DNA of 63,175 nt, counting the filler, from Basidiobolus ranarum (lineage: Eukaryota): the NCBI GenBank assembly GCA_040143965.1. It is 16 parts of 16 records of this genome, joined end to end, with 100 filler letters (N's around TTAATTAATTAA, not from the genome) between each part and the next. Parts side by side here need not be neighbours in the genome. Positions count along the whole stretch, not along the records: positions 11,911 to 15,777 come from JASJQH010002244.1; positions 15,878 to 19,740 come from JASJQH010002245.1; positions 19,841 to 23,702 come from JASJQH010002246.1; 13 more parts are not named here. One strand, written 5' to 3'. Shown piece after piece: positions 12,022 through 23,802 of the stretch (position 1 is the stretch's first letter; each line of letters opens with the position of its first letter). The notes beneath the pieces were generated by a model. It worked only from the letters and a program-made list of their open reading frames with translations, did not search any database and was not told where the DNA came from. Both the position numbers and the translations under genes were made by a program.

Positions 12022-12798
12022 TCCTAAGGATTGGCAATAGTTCAACCAAGGGAATGATGGAGTGATGTCCTTGAGTTGTTTGAAGGTGAGTTTGTTGTAA
12101 GTGCGATAGACATCACGCTGCTCAACTGAGGACAAAGAATTCTTGGCAAGGGCTGTTTCAAAGTCCAACACTACCTTGGCCTTAGCCTTGGCGTTTTTGA
12201 CTTTGGCGAGGTTGAGGATCTTCTCAATATGTGCAAGGTACTTCTGACGGACCTCAGCTTGGCCCTCTTCAGTGTAGTACTCCTTGCTTGGGAGAGAAAG
12301 GCCGTTCTGTCCAATGTATGACAATGTCCAAGTGGAGTTCTTACTATCGGGCTGGGATGCAATGGCGAAAAGAGGACTTCCGCCATGGACCGAGACCGAG
12401 AGACTGTGGAGGGTACCAAGTGTCTTGGCAACATCACTAGGATTGCGAATACTGCCTACTTGCTTCAACAACTTCTTGATTGGGCTTAATCCCGACTTCT
12501 TGATGAGAGCCAAGTCCAATCCTGACGCATAGTAGTCCCCTAGCAATGAATGCTTAGTGGAGTTTCCTGCTTTCTCCAGAGTGGCCAAGAGATAGTCAGA
12601 ATTTCTTTGGTCTAGGACGGAGAAGGTGTTCCAGATGGAACGATCGCCTGGGAGTGTGGTGTTCTTGATCCAGTCGTAGTTGGCATGGAAGTAGAAGTTC
12701 TCGGTAGCTGCGGGAACTTGGGGTGGTAGGTCTTGAGCATACACTGAACTGCCAGTGACGGCCAAGGATAATAGAAGCAGTTTAGCAGTAGTGCGCAT
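11911..12798 (-). CDS. M13 family (neprilysin/ECE/PepO-like) zinc metallopeptidase, N-terminal 296 aa
   Basis: Signal peptide; NFYFHANYDW and QNGLSLPSKEYY motifs; runs off the contig edge into the 111-bp terminal repeat. Confidence 0.92.
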
Positions 12799-14526
12799 AT
12801 CAGTCAGTTAATCAGTAAATGAAGAACTTGGATAGTGATTAGAGAGGAACGTCGGTTGGATTATATAGCTTTATGTTGTCCCGCAAATTAGTCTAGTCAT
12901 CCATGAACTCTGATCCGATGATAGGCTTGGATTGGCAGGTAGAGAAGTACAACTTTGTCTGGTGTCCCACAAGGTATGCTGGCCATGGAGTACGAAATCC
13001 GAGTATTCAAGTTGTTGCAAGCATCCGTGGGGAAAGCCAAGTTTATCACCCGATGAGCTCAGTATTGTCCAAAACGATAAACAGCATACGATTTAGTTGG
13101 GAGATTTGTTTGAAATAGTCATTGGCTGAAATTATAGGCGATTAGCAAATCCTCATGACTAAGTTACTGATTACAGCAGCTTCTTTAAATGCATGTGGTG
13201 AGATGAAACAAAAGATGCTGATTTACTGAGTACTCTGGTGCATTTCCATTTGGTGACTGGAGTAGCACATTATTGTGTTGTGTACCAACCTTGATGATCC
13301 TGAGAAATCCCAATTATATGAGCCGGCATAGAGAAAGCAACTTATTTGTATATCTGTTTGCGAGGTAGTTGCTTCCTACTAGAATTGTGTACCGCACGAA
13401 TATTTGAAATTATTTGAAAGGTAACAAATCATGTGTCTATAATCTCTCCTAGTATTGCTTCCGGCTTACTCGTTAATGGAATTGCATGTATATTGTGATA
13501 AAAGCAGGTATGGCACTCAATTGTTTGCATTTGATTTTTTACCATATCGCCGCATGCATTACTGTACCATAAGACCTATTAAGTGGTATGAATTGGCGTG
13601 TTACATTTCAATATAATGTTGTCGTGAGAATCAAGTGGGATTATATCATATCTAGTGCGCCAGGTTTGACATCTTAGAGTTGCTAAAATTATAAATTATG
13701 GTGGAATATACCATGTGTGTTCATGTTGAAGGTACGATAAATATGCCTATTCGGAATTCAAATCAGATATGCCGATAACAAGGGTAATATCAAGTGATAC
13801 TGCGGTAATACTCCGAGTTCGTTAAAGTTGCACGTGTACCTATTTTTATTGTAATACTGATTCACATATTCGACATTTATGGATACTGTAGGATTAATGC
13901 AATTGAACTTAACTGTATTGTATGATACAGTTAAAGGTAATAATATATGGCATGCGCCATGTGAGCAATATGCACCTTCTTTATAAAGCAAGAAACCTTA
14001 GTCAAATCACACTCATGACAGTTGAGACTCGGAATGATACAGTTAGTACGAAAATATGCCGTGAAATTTGAAACTAACCTTAACATCACTGAAAATAAAT
14101 ATGATTTAGGATATATTCCCACTATAGAATTCCTATACATCCAGAAAATCCAACTATAGTGTGAGTAAAATTCGGTTAGAAATTCTTGGGTACTTTTGCT
14201 AAAACCTGCGCAGATCATTTTTACTATAGTGAAAGCAATTTGATTTCAAATTTTTAGAAACTTTTTTATAAATAACCTTATGGAGAACAGTATGTTAATA
14301 CTAGCACCATAAAGCCTTTATGCGCTTACTAGATGTGGACTACTTGAATTCATATACTCTATAGAATAACTAGCATCATGGAAAGTCGACGGCAATAAAT
14401 ATATCCGAAAAAGTGCAATTTTAATTTATTATCATAAGATCACTAATTTCAAAATCAATTACTGTGGACATCCTTCAAAAATGGTTCCCAAAATTAATGC
14501 AAGCAACATTCTAGTCTTAATGTGAT

Positions 14527-15777
14527 TTACCAGATGTTGATTCTGTCAGCTTCTTTACGGTACATCTTATCTCCTTCCTTAACACCAAAGGCATCGTAGA
14601 ATTCTTGGAAGTTGGACAAGGGTCCATTGACTCTCCAAATACCTGGAGCGTGAGGATCGGTACGAAGACGATACAAGGCCTCTTCCTTGCGAACTACATT
14701 CTTCCAGACTGAAGCATATGCCGTAAAGAACTGCTGCTCAGGAGTAAGGCCGTCAACGGTCTTAACTACTCCTGGGTTAGTCTTTTGCCACTCTTGGAAG
14801 GCGAGATATGAGAGCTTAACTCCGCCAATATCGGCAATGTTCTCACCCTGAGTGAGATTCCCATTGACTTTGGATCCATACATATCAAAGGAGCTGTAAA
14901 GGTCAATGACGGTCTTGGCACGTTTATCGAACTCAGCGGCATCCTTGGGAGTCCACCAATCTTCGAGATTACCTTGAACGTTGTAACTGCGGCCTTGATC
15001 ATCAAAACCGTGGGTGATTTCGTGGCCAATGACTGCACCAATAGCACCGAAGTTGGCAGCGGCATTTCCTCTGGGATCCTTCTCATCAGGAGCATAGAAG
15101 AATGGAGGCTGGAGAATACCGGCGGGGAAAGCAATGTCATTGGAGTTGGGGTCATAGTAGGCATTCACTTCATAAGCAGTCATGAACCACTTGGACTTAT
15201 CAGTGGGGCCATTCGCAGCGCTCAACACCTTCTTGAAGTTAGCCGCGTTAATATCCAGAACATTGGAGAAGAATGGGCGCTTGCGAGAAATCTTGATGTG
15301 AGAGTAGTCACTCCATTTGTCAGGGTATCCAACCTTGACATTGAGACCCTTGAGCTTCTCGAGGGCACGCTTACGAGTCTCGGGGCTCATCCATTCAATT
15401 GTCTCAAGACGAGTGGCAAGTGCGTTCTGGATGAGCTTGACCATATCCAGTGCTTGTGCTTTAGCCTCGGGTTTGAACTTGTCTTGGACAAACAACTGAC
15501 TCAAAGTGTCAGGAATTTGGGAGCCAATTTGATCTAAAAGGAACTGACCACGAGGGGATGGCTCACTCTGACCACGGAGAGTACGCCCGAAGAAATCAAA
15601 GTCCTGAGACTTGAACTCCTGGTCAAGGTAGGTAGCACTGGAACCAAGAACTTGCCATTCCAAATAGGTGCGCCAGTTGTCAACGCTGAATTTCTTGAAT
15701 AGAGTATTGAAAAATTTCAGGAAATCAGGATTGTCAACAATGACGTCACCATCTCCGAAGCAATGTCCCTTGCGCCA
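14527..15777 (-). CDS. M13 family zinc metallopeptidase, C-terminal catalytic part
   Basis: VGYPD, VNAYY, FPAGILQPPFF, GHEITHGFD (HExxH), GENIAD, DPHAP..RVN; joins in frame to 11911-12798 through the 111-bp overlap to give 675 aa. Confidence 0.95.
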   Translation of the reverse strand, partial: WRKGHCFGDGDVIVDNPDFLKFFNTLFKKFSVDNWRTYLEWQVLGSSATYLDQEFKSQDFDFFGRTLRGQSEPSPRGQFLLDQIGSQIPDTLSQLFVQDKFKPEAKAQALDMVKLIQNALATRLETIEWMSPETRKRALEKLKGLNVKVGYPDKWSDYSHIKISRKRPFFSNVLDINAANFKKVLSAANGPTDKSKWFMTAYEVNAYYDPNSNDIAFPAGILQPPFFYAPDEKDPRGNAAANFGAIGAVIGHEITHGFDDQGRSYNVQGNLEDWWTPKDAAEFDKRAKTVIDLYSSFDMYGSKVNGNLTQGENIADIGGVKLSYLAFQEWQKTNPGVVKTVDGLTPEQQFFTAYASVWKNVVRKEEALYRLRTDPHAPGIWRVNGPLSNFQEFYDAFGVKEGDKMYRKEADRINIW

Positions 15778-15877
15778 NNNNNNNNNNNNNNNNNNNNNNN
15801 NNNNNNNNNNNNNNNNNNNNNTTAATTAATTAANNNNNNNNNNNNNNNNNNNNNNNNNNNNNNNNNNNNNNNNNNNN

Positions 15878-16674
15878 GATAGAAGATCAACAGCTGGGTA
15901 CACTTTTCTCTATGGTAATGGAGCCAAAACTTGGAATAGTAAGAAGCAACCAACTGTAGCACTTTTCACTCCAGAAGCAGAGTAAATGGCTGCCCCTGCT
16001 ATCACTCAAGAAGCTATGTGGTTAAGGAAGTTATTTACCCAGCTAGGATACATGCAAAAATGTGCTCTTTACTGTATTTGAAGATAATCAAAGTTGTATT
16101 TCATTAGGTAAAACCCTACATTTCAAGCTAGAACAAAATGTATAGATATTAGGCATTCTTTTGTTAGAGAAGCATTGGTGAACAATAAAGTTGAACTTGT
16201 CTTTTGCCCTAGTGAAGTAATGATTGCTGACTTCTTAACCACACCTTTGCTAAAGTGCAATTTGAATTATAACAGTATCAGCTAGGTTTAAGGGAAATAC
16301 AAAATAACTAGTTGAGTGGGAATGTTGAAATTTGGTATGTAGCAACTAATTATTTGGTAGTTAGTTGATTCATATTCTGATTATTTAGCACTTAATTCTG
16401 CCATTCAAAAATGCGTGTTCATTGCTCTAATTGGTAGAAGTATCATTTAGATCACTTTTACCAATTTTCACTATGTTCTCAAAACTACTTCAAATCATCT
16501 CAAATTTTCATCCATGCTTAACATGCATGTTTTTTACAATCTAAGCACATCCAGTAGTCCTGTTTCATAATTAGCTAAAAGTAGGACATATTCAATTCAA
16601 TAGAACTTAAGCATCTAATTAACAACTCCAAATCTTGTCCACTACACTTCCAAATCCCCTAAACACTTTTATCA
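15878..16674 (+). mobile_element. Ty1/copia RNase H remnant, PPT and 3' LTR (family B, 16323-16674)
   Basis: WNSKKQPTVAL and IADFLT motifs; PPT AGTTGAGTGGGAA followed by TGTTGAAAT; LTR homologous to 52521-52861 and rc 54835-55058. Confidence 0.85.
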
Positions 16675-16679
16675 CTTTC

Positions 16680-18240
16680 TGCATACTTGCATTGCATCTT
16701 TTCTTTCAAACATTTGAAATTTGGCATACTTGCACTGCATTTTTCCCTTCATATTTCTGTAAATGCTCCTCAAACACTTTTATTGTTCTAAATGTCCTTG
16801 AAATGTGATACAACTAAGGGTGCTTAGCAGTGTTTGTGTGGCTTTTTGCTTTTCTTTAGGTTTGTGGCTGATTTTGACATTTTGAGAAGTACTAGTTGAG
16901 GTTGGAGAGCCATGAGTGTTATTTGCCAATGCTTTGGCCTGTTAAGAGATACCAGGTATTGAATAAACTTACAAATTTAGCTCTCTTTAAACTGGTTTAC
17001 CTGGCTCCATGATAAAATTAAGCCTTTTTACCAGTTTGATTGCTGGTATATCTGCCTCTGGAAGTAAAGATCTTTGTAATAGGGTGAAGCATTTGGTAAA
17101 TTAGATGGGGAGCCTAATTCAGAAGCTCATTTGCTTTTCCCTTGAGTTTACTAACTTCCTGCTTCTTGAATATTCCTTTAGCTGCATTTTTTTCTTTTCC
17201 AAGTCAATCATTGCATACATCTTGGAGATGTTTCATGAACAGGTCTTTACTAGCCCAATTGCCATTTGCTTGCCAAGACCCAGGATAAGCCACATGAAAT
17301 AAGTCAAGAAGCATTGGATTAATGCTTGGTTTTTGGTTCTTTCACAATTGGCTCAAATCAAGGTAATTAGGGCAAGATTCTCAACAGTTTCCAAAATGTT
17401 AAACCATTCATCATCAGAACAAGTGATAGCAGCTCTGAAATTCAGAGTCTTTTGGTCAGCTGGCTTTCCTACAAGATTTCTACTTTCATGTGCCCAAGCA
17501 AGTTTGGGTCATTTTGTAGGTTTAACAATGTAACACATATTCTGTGCTGCCAGATTGTCAAGGTGATATTCATATACATGTTGTGACATCAATTGAAATT
17601 GAATATGTGAATGGACAGAGAGAGCAGAATGTTGCTGTAGCTCAAGTACATTTATCTGAAGATCTTGAATCATTGTTCAGTGACTCTCTAACTCTTGACT
17701 TGTTGCTTCAGAATGAGGCATTAACTGGGATATGGCCAAATTATTGCTTGTCATGGCCAGTGTAGCAACTTTTGCTGGCCAATGACCAGGTACAAGTGGG
17801 AAACACTTGTGGATTGCATGACTTATAATCCTTTGGTAACTAAACTCTCCTGATGTAAAGTGGTTGTTTGGCTCACACCAATGATCCACAGGGCCTGAAG
17901 TCATATATTGTTGGCATACAATTGGCAATCACTGAATCAGGTAAATATTGTTCATATTTGGCATATATATCATTGATTCACTATCTTAAAGTTCTGATGA
18001 AACCACCCAAATATGGTTCATTAATTCAACACCAAAGTACTCACCATCAAGCTAATGGTATTATCAATATACTTGATGGATATCCCTACCTGAATCTGAA
18101 AATTCAAGGTTTCTTTTAGACCACATACAATCATGCATTTGCATTGGCTCCAGATGGTTTCTTACTCATCAAATATGCTGTTGGAAAGGCTTGCTGGCCA
18201 ATAATTTTAATTCACCTAAATCTTCCTCCTTCTGAACGGT
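16680..18240 (+). mobile_element. CACTA-like transposon fragment: Tnp2-like transposase on + (17544-18240) and a divergent accessory ORF remnant on -
   Basis: ALAPDGF..CWPIILIHLNLPPSERY (Transposase_21-like); 16680-17540 is homologous (rc) to 47750-48650. Confidence 0.7.
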
Positions 18241-18760
18241 ATACTTGTCCCATTGGACTAGGTCAGATTGTGCCACTTGATCCAGCCTGCTATCACACCT
18301 TTGGGTCCAATCTGTCAATTACCATGGCTTGATCTTATAACACTTGAATGGACACTATAGGGAACAATATTGCACTATCCCACCACAATTGGACACAATG
18401 TTTTTTTGCAGATAGTGTGCCGGCCCATACTAAATCACCTGAATTAGTATTGCCAAATTAATATTTTGAGTAACTAACAAAGCAAGGTCATCCCTTGGTT
18501 TGTAACTTACTAATTACTGAATGTGTAACAATAAACAACTTATACTGTAGCTTATCCAATCAAATGTATAACTGAGACATTCACACATTTTTAGGCCAAT
18601 CATTTGTCTGCCACTCACACAATATCCTGATCTTCAATTGGGCCCAATGGCTCCTGCATTATGAAACACCAGTAGTATTGGCCTACCAGTGATAAAGCTC
18701 AGCACTCAATGTTGGCTCAATCTGCAGTATGATAGTAATGGTTAGGATCACTCTAATCAT
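18241..18760 (+). mobile_element. Left end of an ISL2/PIF-Harbinger-like DNA transposon
   Basis: Starts ATACTTGTCCCATTGG (family TIR variant) exactly where the CACTA transposase breaks; homologous to 55166-55299 and 43260-43464; remnant WLLHYETPVVLAY resembles a transposase HTH. Confidence 0.6.
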
Positions 18761-20768
18761 CATTTTTAGATCTGCAAATTATTCTTTCAATCATGTCAAC
18801 ATCTAATTGGGTGAAAATGTGAATAAATTGAGGCATATCATGCCAATACGGCTGCACAAGCTCTTTACTCACAGACATTGTCATTTAATTTTAGTGAAAT
18901 TGCTTGTATTAATTGGCTTTCATTGAATTTTTTGATATATGACAATTTCACACTATCAGTGTTTCATAAAGACATAAGCAATTGTAATCCATCTAAATCA
19001 ATATATGATATATTTTACTGCAATCCATATTAATTTTGCATGATGTGTTAAGCGGTAAAGATGGGATAATATAAGTATTAACAAGCAAATTCAGCAATTA
19101 CCCAGGTTTGAAGTGGTACATGCTGATTCACTTATGTTATTTTTGTTGTCTCCTTGTTAATTCCACTGAAGAAGCTTTGCTTGAATCTCTGTGCTTGGTT
19201 TGTTAGTTTGATCCAGCTGAAGTTCCTCTACCTTGGCCAGCATGAGTTATGGCTTGAGGTCAATGTGCTGCAATATGAGTTGGCTTGTCCAGCCTAGTTA
19301 GTTGTTTGTTTGTTTCTATAGTCACTTCTTTGATGTGAAGCCTTGACCTGATGGGTCAACCAGCCACTGCAGCTGGCATGCAGTTCTATGTATCAACCCA
19401 GAATGTCTTACTTGAAATCAGTGCTTGACAGTTATTGATTCTTCAACCATGGTAGAAGCTTCAACACTTTGACCTGGCCATGGCTGCAGTTGCAGTTGCA
19501 TGGCAGTACATGTTGGAGCAAGTCATCCACCTTGGGGTTTGTGTCTGGCAGTTATTGCTTCTTCCACCACATTGGAAGCTTCATCTCTTTTGACTAGCTG
19601 CCATGACCTCTGTTGCATGGTGGAATGTGTTGCAACATATTGTCTAGCTTGAGGTTTGTGTATGACTATTGTGGCTTCTCATAGCTCAGTAAGAGCTTCA
19701 CTATCTCTCTCAAACTCCTGGTGGGGGATATGTTGTAACANNNNNNNNNNNNNNNNNNNNNNNNNNNNNNNNNNNNNNNNNNNNTTAATTAATTAANNNN
19801 NNNNNNNNNNNNNNNNNNNNNNNNNNNNNNNNNNNNNNNNTGTATAACGTGGACTATGTGTATCGTATGAGCTACTACACCTTTTTCACTAGTTGGAAAT
19901 AAGAATACTTGAACGAGAGTAAAGAAATTTTGTCAACATCTATCTGTAGTGTTTGATTACAAGATCAATTATAGCTCTCGAGATAGTGAGATACTACTAC
20001 TTTCCAAAATGAGGAATTGTTTAATTAGTCTCACTCCTAATACCCTTCAATTCCAATCTAATTGGATACTCTATTAAGCCGGGAGTGCAGAGCTAGAGAT
20101 GAACAGGATGCGCATAATGTATGTTTTCCGAATTAGTCCCAGAAAAATAGTTACAATTCCGCAAATCTGCTGATATGGATGACTTACCCTGGATATATAT
20201 TAAGGGGAACTGCTTTGAACTCTTGGGTCACATCTGATGTTACATCTAACAATTCCAAATGAACTTAATGAACCACTCTGGTAACCTAACCCTAAATTTT
20301 ATGCAAGCTTCATGGTAAACATTTAAGCACTGGTGATGAAAGTGTTGGCCTAAGAATAACTCGACTTGGGTCACGTGGATAAGGAAAAATGTCCAAATGA
20401 TTCGTCATAAATCAATATTACTCTACTATGGTCTCTAGTGATTACTTAGGGGGTATATTGCATCGATAAGTGAATCGCACTTTCAATATACTTCACGTCC
20501 AAATCGATTATATAGTGCTTTACTGATATGTGCATTGGATCAACTAGAACTGAGCGCTAACTAATCTCATGAAGTAAAATGGATACTGAATTCCAAAACA
20601 ACAACACTTGAATAATCAAGTAAAAAACCATCAATTTTGGAATGGGTACATTAGATTCACACCTGTACTTGGAGGAGGATATCTATGTGAGAAAACTCCC
20701 AAGAACAATAGTGAGCATTAGGAGTTTTAACAGTTACTTTGGAAACAAATAAAACAATGATTTCTAAT

Positions 20769-21631
20769 TTATTCAAGTTTTGGTTCAGTCTTCTCTGTAA
20801 CCTCCGATTCAGTCGTCTTTTTCTGTTGTTGTTCCAAGAAACGTCTAAAAATTAAATCAGGTTTAATATGGATTAGATAATTATTATTGAATGGAGATAA
20901 AATATTCAAACTTTAACGTTATCTTACTTTCTAGCTTGAAGGATCATGTGTTCCTTTCTTCTCTGTAAATTATCTTGGCGTCTATCAGCGGTGGCTTCCC
21001 AGACTTTTGGTGGTGCAACTGAAGAGCTTTCCTCATTTTCTGGATTTATATTAAAACGATGAATGAGATTAGCCGCAGTAGCTTTGTTGGTAGATGAGCT
21101 CGTTCCAGTATTAGAATTGGGTTGTACGTTAGGGGAAGGCTGGGGAGTGGCTTCCACTGGCTATTCAATCGATTAATTACTGTTAGCATGAATATCAAGA
21201 AAAAAATCCTCAAGCATAATCAAGGGGTACATTACCAAAGGAAGTCCACCATCTCTCAAGATGTTATCGCAGGTAATTTCAACAGAACCAGTACGGGCAA
21301 GATCCGCTTGAATGGCGGCCAAGGGTACGTTAGGGAACATGCTGTGTACAGTCGATATCTGGACTAGAGTTAGCGATTCAAAAATATTATATAAAAAATA
21401 GCTCTATGATAAACAATACCATTTCAGGAGATACATATCTTCGTCCAGTAGATAATCCAGTTCCTGTACGTCTTTGTCCATCTTGATTTGACGGTGAGCC
21501 TCCTATTTATACAACTCTGGGTAAGTTTCAAAAGATTACTTGAGTAAAATTTCAATCTATTTACCTAAAAGCCAACGAAATACAAGAAGAATTATGAAAA
21601 TGGCAACAAGTATACTAACTCCGTCGTTCAT
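20769..21631 (-). CDS. CUE1: ER-anchored CUE-domain protein with Ubc7-binding region (Cue1-like), 5 exons
   Basis: N-terminal TM MNDGVSILVAIFIILLVFRWLLG; CUE domain VHSMFPNVPLAAIQADLARTGSVEITCDNIL; C-terminal LQRRKEHMILQARKRFL; four short GT-AG introns. Confidence 0.85.
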
Positions 21632-22093
21632 CGTTACTTTAAACAAGACTAAAATACTGAATACCGAAAGTGAGTGTCTAGTAGCTATTATAATGGTCCA
21701 TTTAATTGGTATTTCAATTTTGTTTCTTTGCCCTATTATTCACGAATATCGCTGAATTTGGGGTCTCCAGTAATTTCCTTGTGATAATCAACTTAGGGTT
21801 AGGTGGTCATCAATCAGCATATCATTTTAGCATACATGGCATATAGTGATCGGATTAAAATTTATTTACTATCAACACATTCAAGTACCTATATGCTATA
21901 AAAATTCAAAAAATGATGATCAAATGTGCATATACTCACTCTGGCGGCATTAAAGTGTCTGAGAATAAAAATGGAACACATTTCGAATTCATTCGACGAA
22001 CTCTGTTCAAGAAAGTAGTGAAACTAAAGCTTTACCAGATAGAAGAATCAAAGCCCTTACTGTTATCAAATTTGATTGAAATAGACAGCCTAG

Positions 22094-23702
22094 ATGTCTG
22101 ATCAAATATACGATGAGCAAGAGGTATCAAACCTCAAGAATCCACTTCAATACGAAAGAATGTTCATGTTTGATAAAATGGATACTTCCAAATCCGATAT
22201 TCTCGGGATTCCCACCAAGATTTCTGAGTTAAACGTGGGTAATAATTGTGTGGTACGTGTTGTTGATGTCTTTCTCTCTCCTAATAATGAAAACTGATAT
22301 GAATTGTGAGGGTAGCTTATAACAGGTACGAGATAACTTTAGTTCAAAGGGTCAAGGATTGAGAATAAATGAATGAATTTGCACTTAGGTAGAATAGTAA
22401 ATTACTCGAGTGTAAGATCTTTTGCCGGGAGAAAAGGTAAGGCAAGCTATGAGGAGTAAGTTCAAAAGTATTCGTAGTAATCGGTATTTTATCTTAGATC
22501 CGGGAAAGAGCCGATGGAGCCAAGGGTTTCACATAAAAGACGATACTGGAGTAGTGCAAGTTAAGATCTGGTGTGATGATATAGGAAGTACAGAGAAATA
22601 CACGTCTTTTACAGTTAGTGCATTATCTACCCATTTAATAGGACTTAATTCATAGTTAAATTATTCATCACTTTAGCTAGATAACCTTGTTAGAATTAGA
22701 ACGATAGATATTCGTCCAGTGTATAGTCCAAACCCCGACTCAAGTGAATTTAATATAGAACGATCAACATCAATAATCCCTTATGTTGTAAATTTAAATG
22801 ACTCTCCGGACTCCATTTCATATATGGAGCTGATGACAAATGTTGACCCTCGTCTCTACAAATCACCAATCTCCATTAACGATTATCCAAGAAGAAGCAT
22901 TCACCAATTAAAGGAGATATCCAAAAGAGAACAACAAAAGAAAGACGCTGAAGTTGTAATACTAGCCTGCGTCAAGAAAGTAGGAGATAACAATATTCTT
23001 CTCTGATGTAAGTCACACTAAATCTTCTCAAGGTTTTCCATACAGATGAAATTATGAGTAGGCGAGGGGCTCTCAAAAAACGATGCATTGTTGTTGTAGA
23101 CTCTGAATCTGAGGAGATACCTTTGTTTCTGTGGGGTGAACACTGCAAAGGAGCGGATAGTTGGGTTCCATTCCATACAAGTATATTTCCTTTCGTGGAC
23201 TGTCAAAGTTTATCTAGCACTCAGTATTGATAAGATTATTAGTACTTCTTTTAGCCAATCCTACTATTTCCATATATCAAGAACAGTCTCAATTAACATT
23301 TGGTTACCGTGCCTTGATAGAAGTGGACCCTGACTTTAGAGATGCCCAGGTTAGTAAAATAGAGATTATGAACTGTACCGAGATTATATATAAATATTGT
23401 TGCAGTGGTTGAGAAAATATGCTACTACCATGAAAGTCGATACTGAGCCTTCCCAAATGTTGACAAACCCACATAGCACATTCAGTACCTACAAGTACAC
23501 ATCCAATAGTGGGTTCCTCAAGCAATGAACTTCAATTATTGCATCATATTTACTGATCTATTGTGTACTATGTAATAGAGCCAAATCAAGATATGTTCAA
23601 TATACTCTTCAAGATTTCTGAACTGGATACTAAAGCTAAAGAAATGAAAACAATCGGTAAGTTGCTCGATCTTTTCGCGTAATATCTAACATTAGTAACA
23701 CT
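22094..23702 (+). CDS. MEIOB: MEIOB-like OB-fold ssDNA-binding protein, multi-exon, 3' end truncated
   Basis: Exon peptides GRIVNYSSVRSLPGEK / DPGKSRWSQGFHIKDDTGVVQVKIW, VILACVKK, LFLWGEHCKGADSWVPFHT, VLLLANP..EVDPDFRDAQWLRKYA are collinear with MEIOB as I recall it; exon limits approximate. Confidence 0.7.
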
Positions 23703-23802
23703 NNNNNNNNNNNNNNNNNNNNNNNNNNNNNNNNNNNNNNNNNNNNTTAATTAATTAANNNNNNNNNNNNNNNNNNNNNNNNNNNNNNNNNNNNNNNNNN
23801 NN

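Noticed and set aside
12171-15537. ORFs overlapping the M13 peptidase on other frames and strands
   Set aside because: Shadow ORFs caused by the strong codon bias of the real gene
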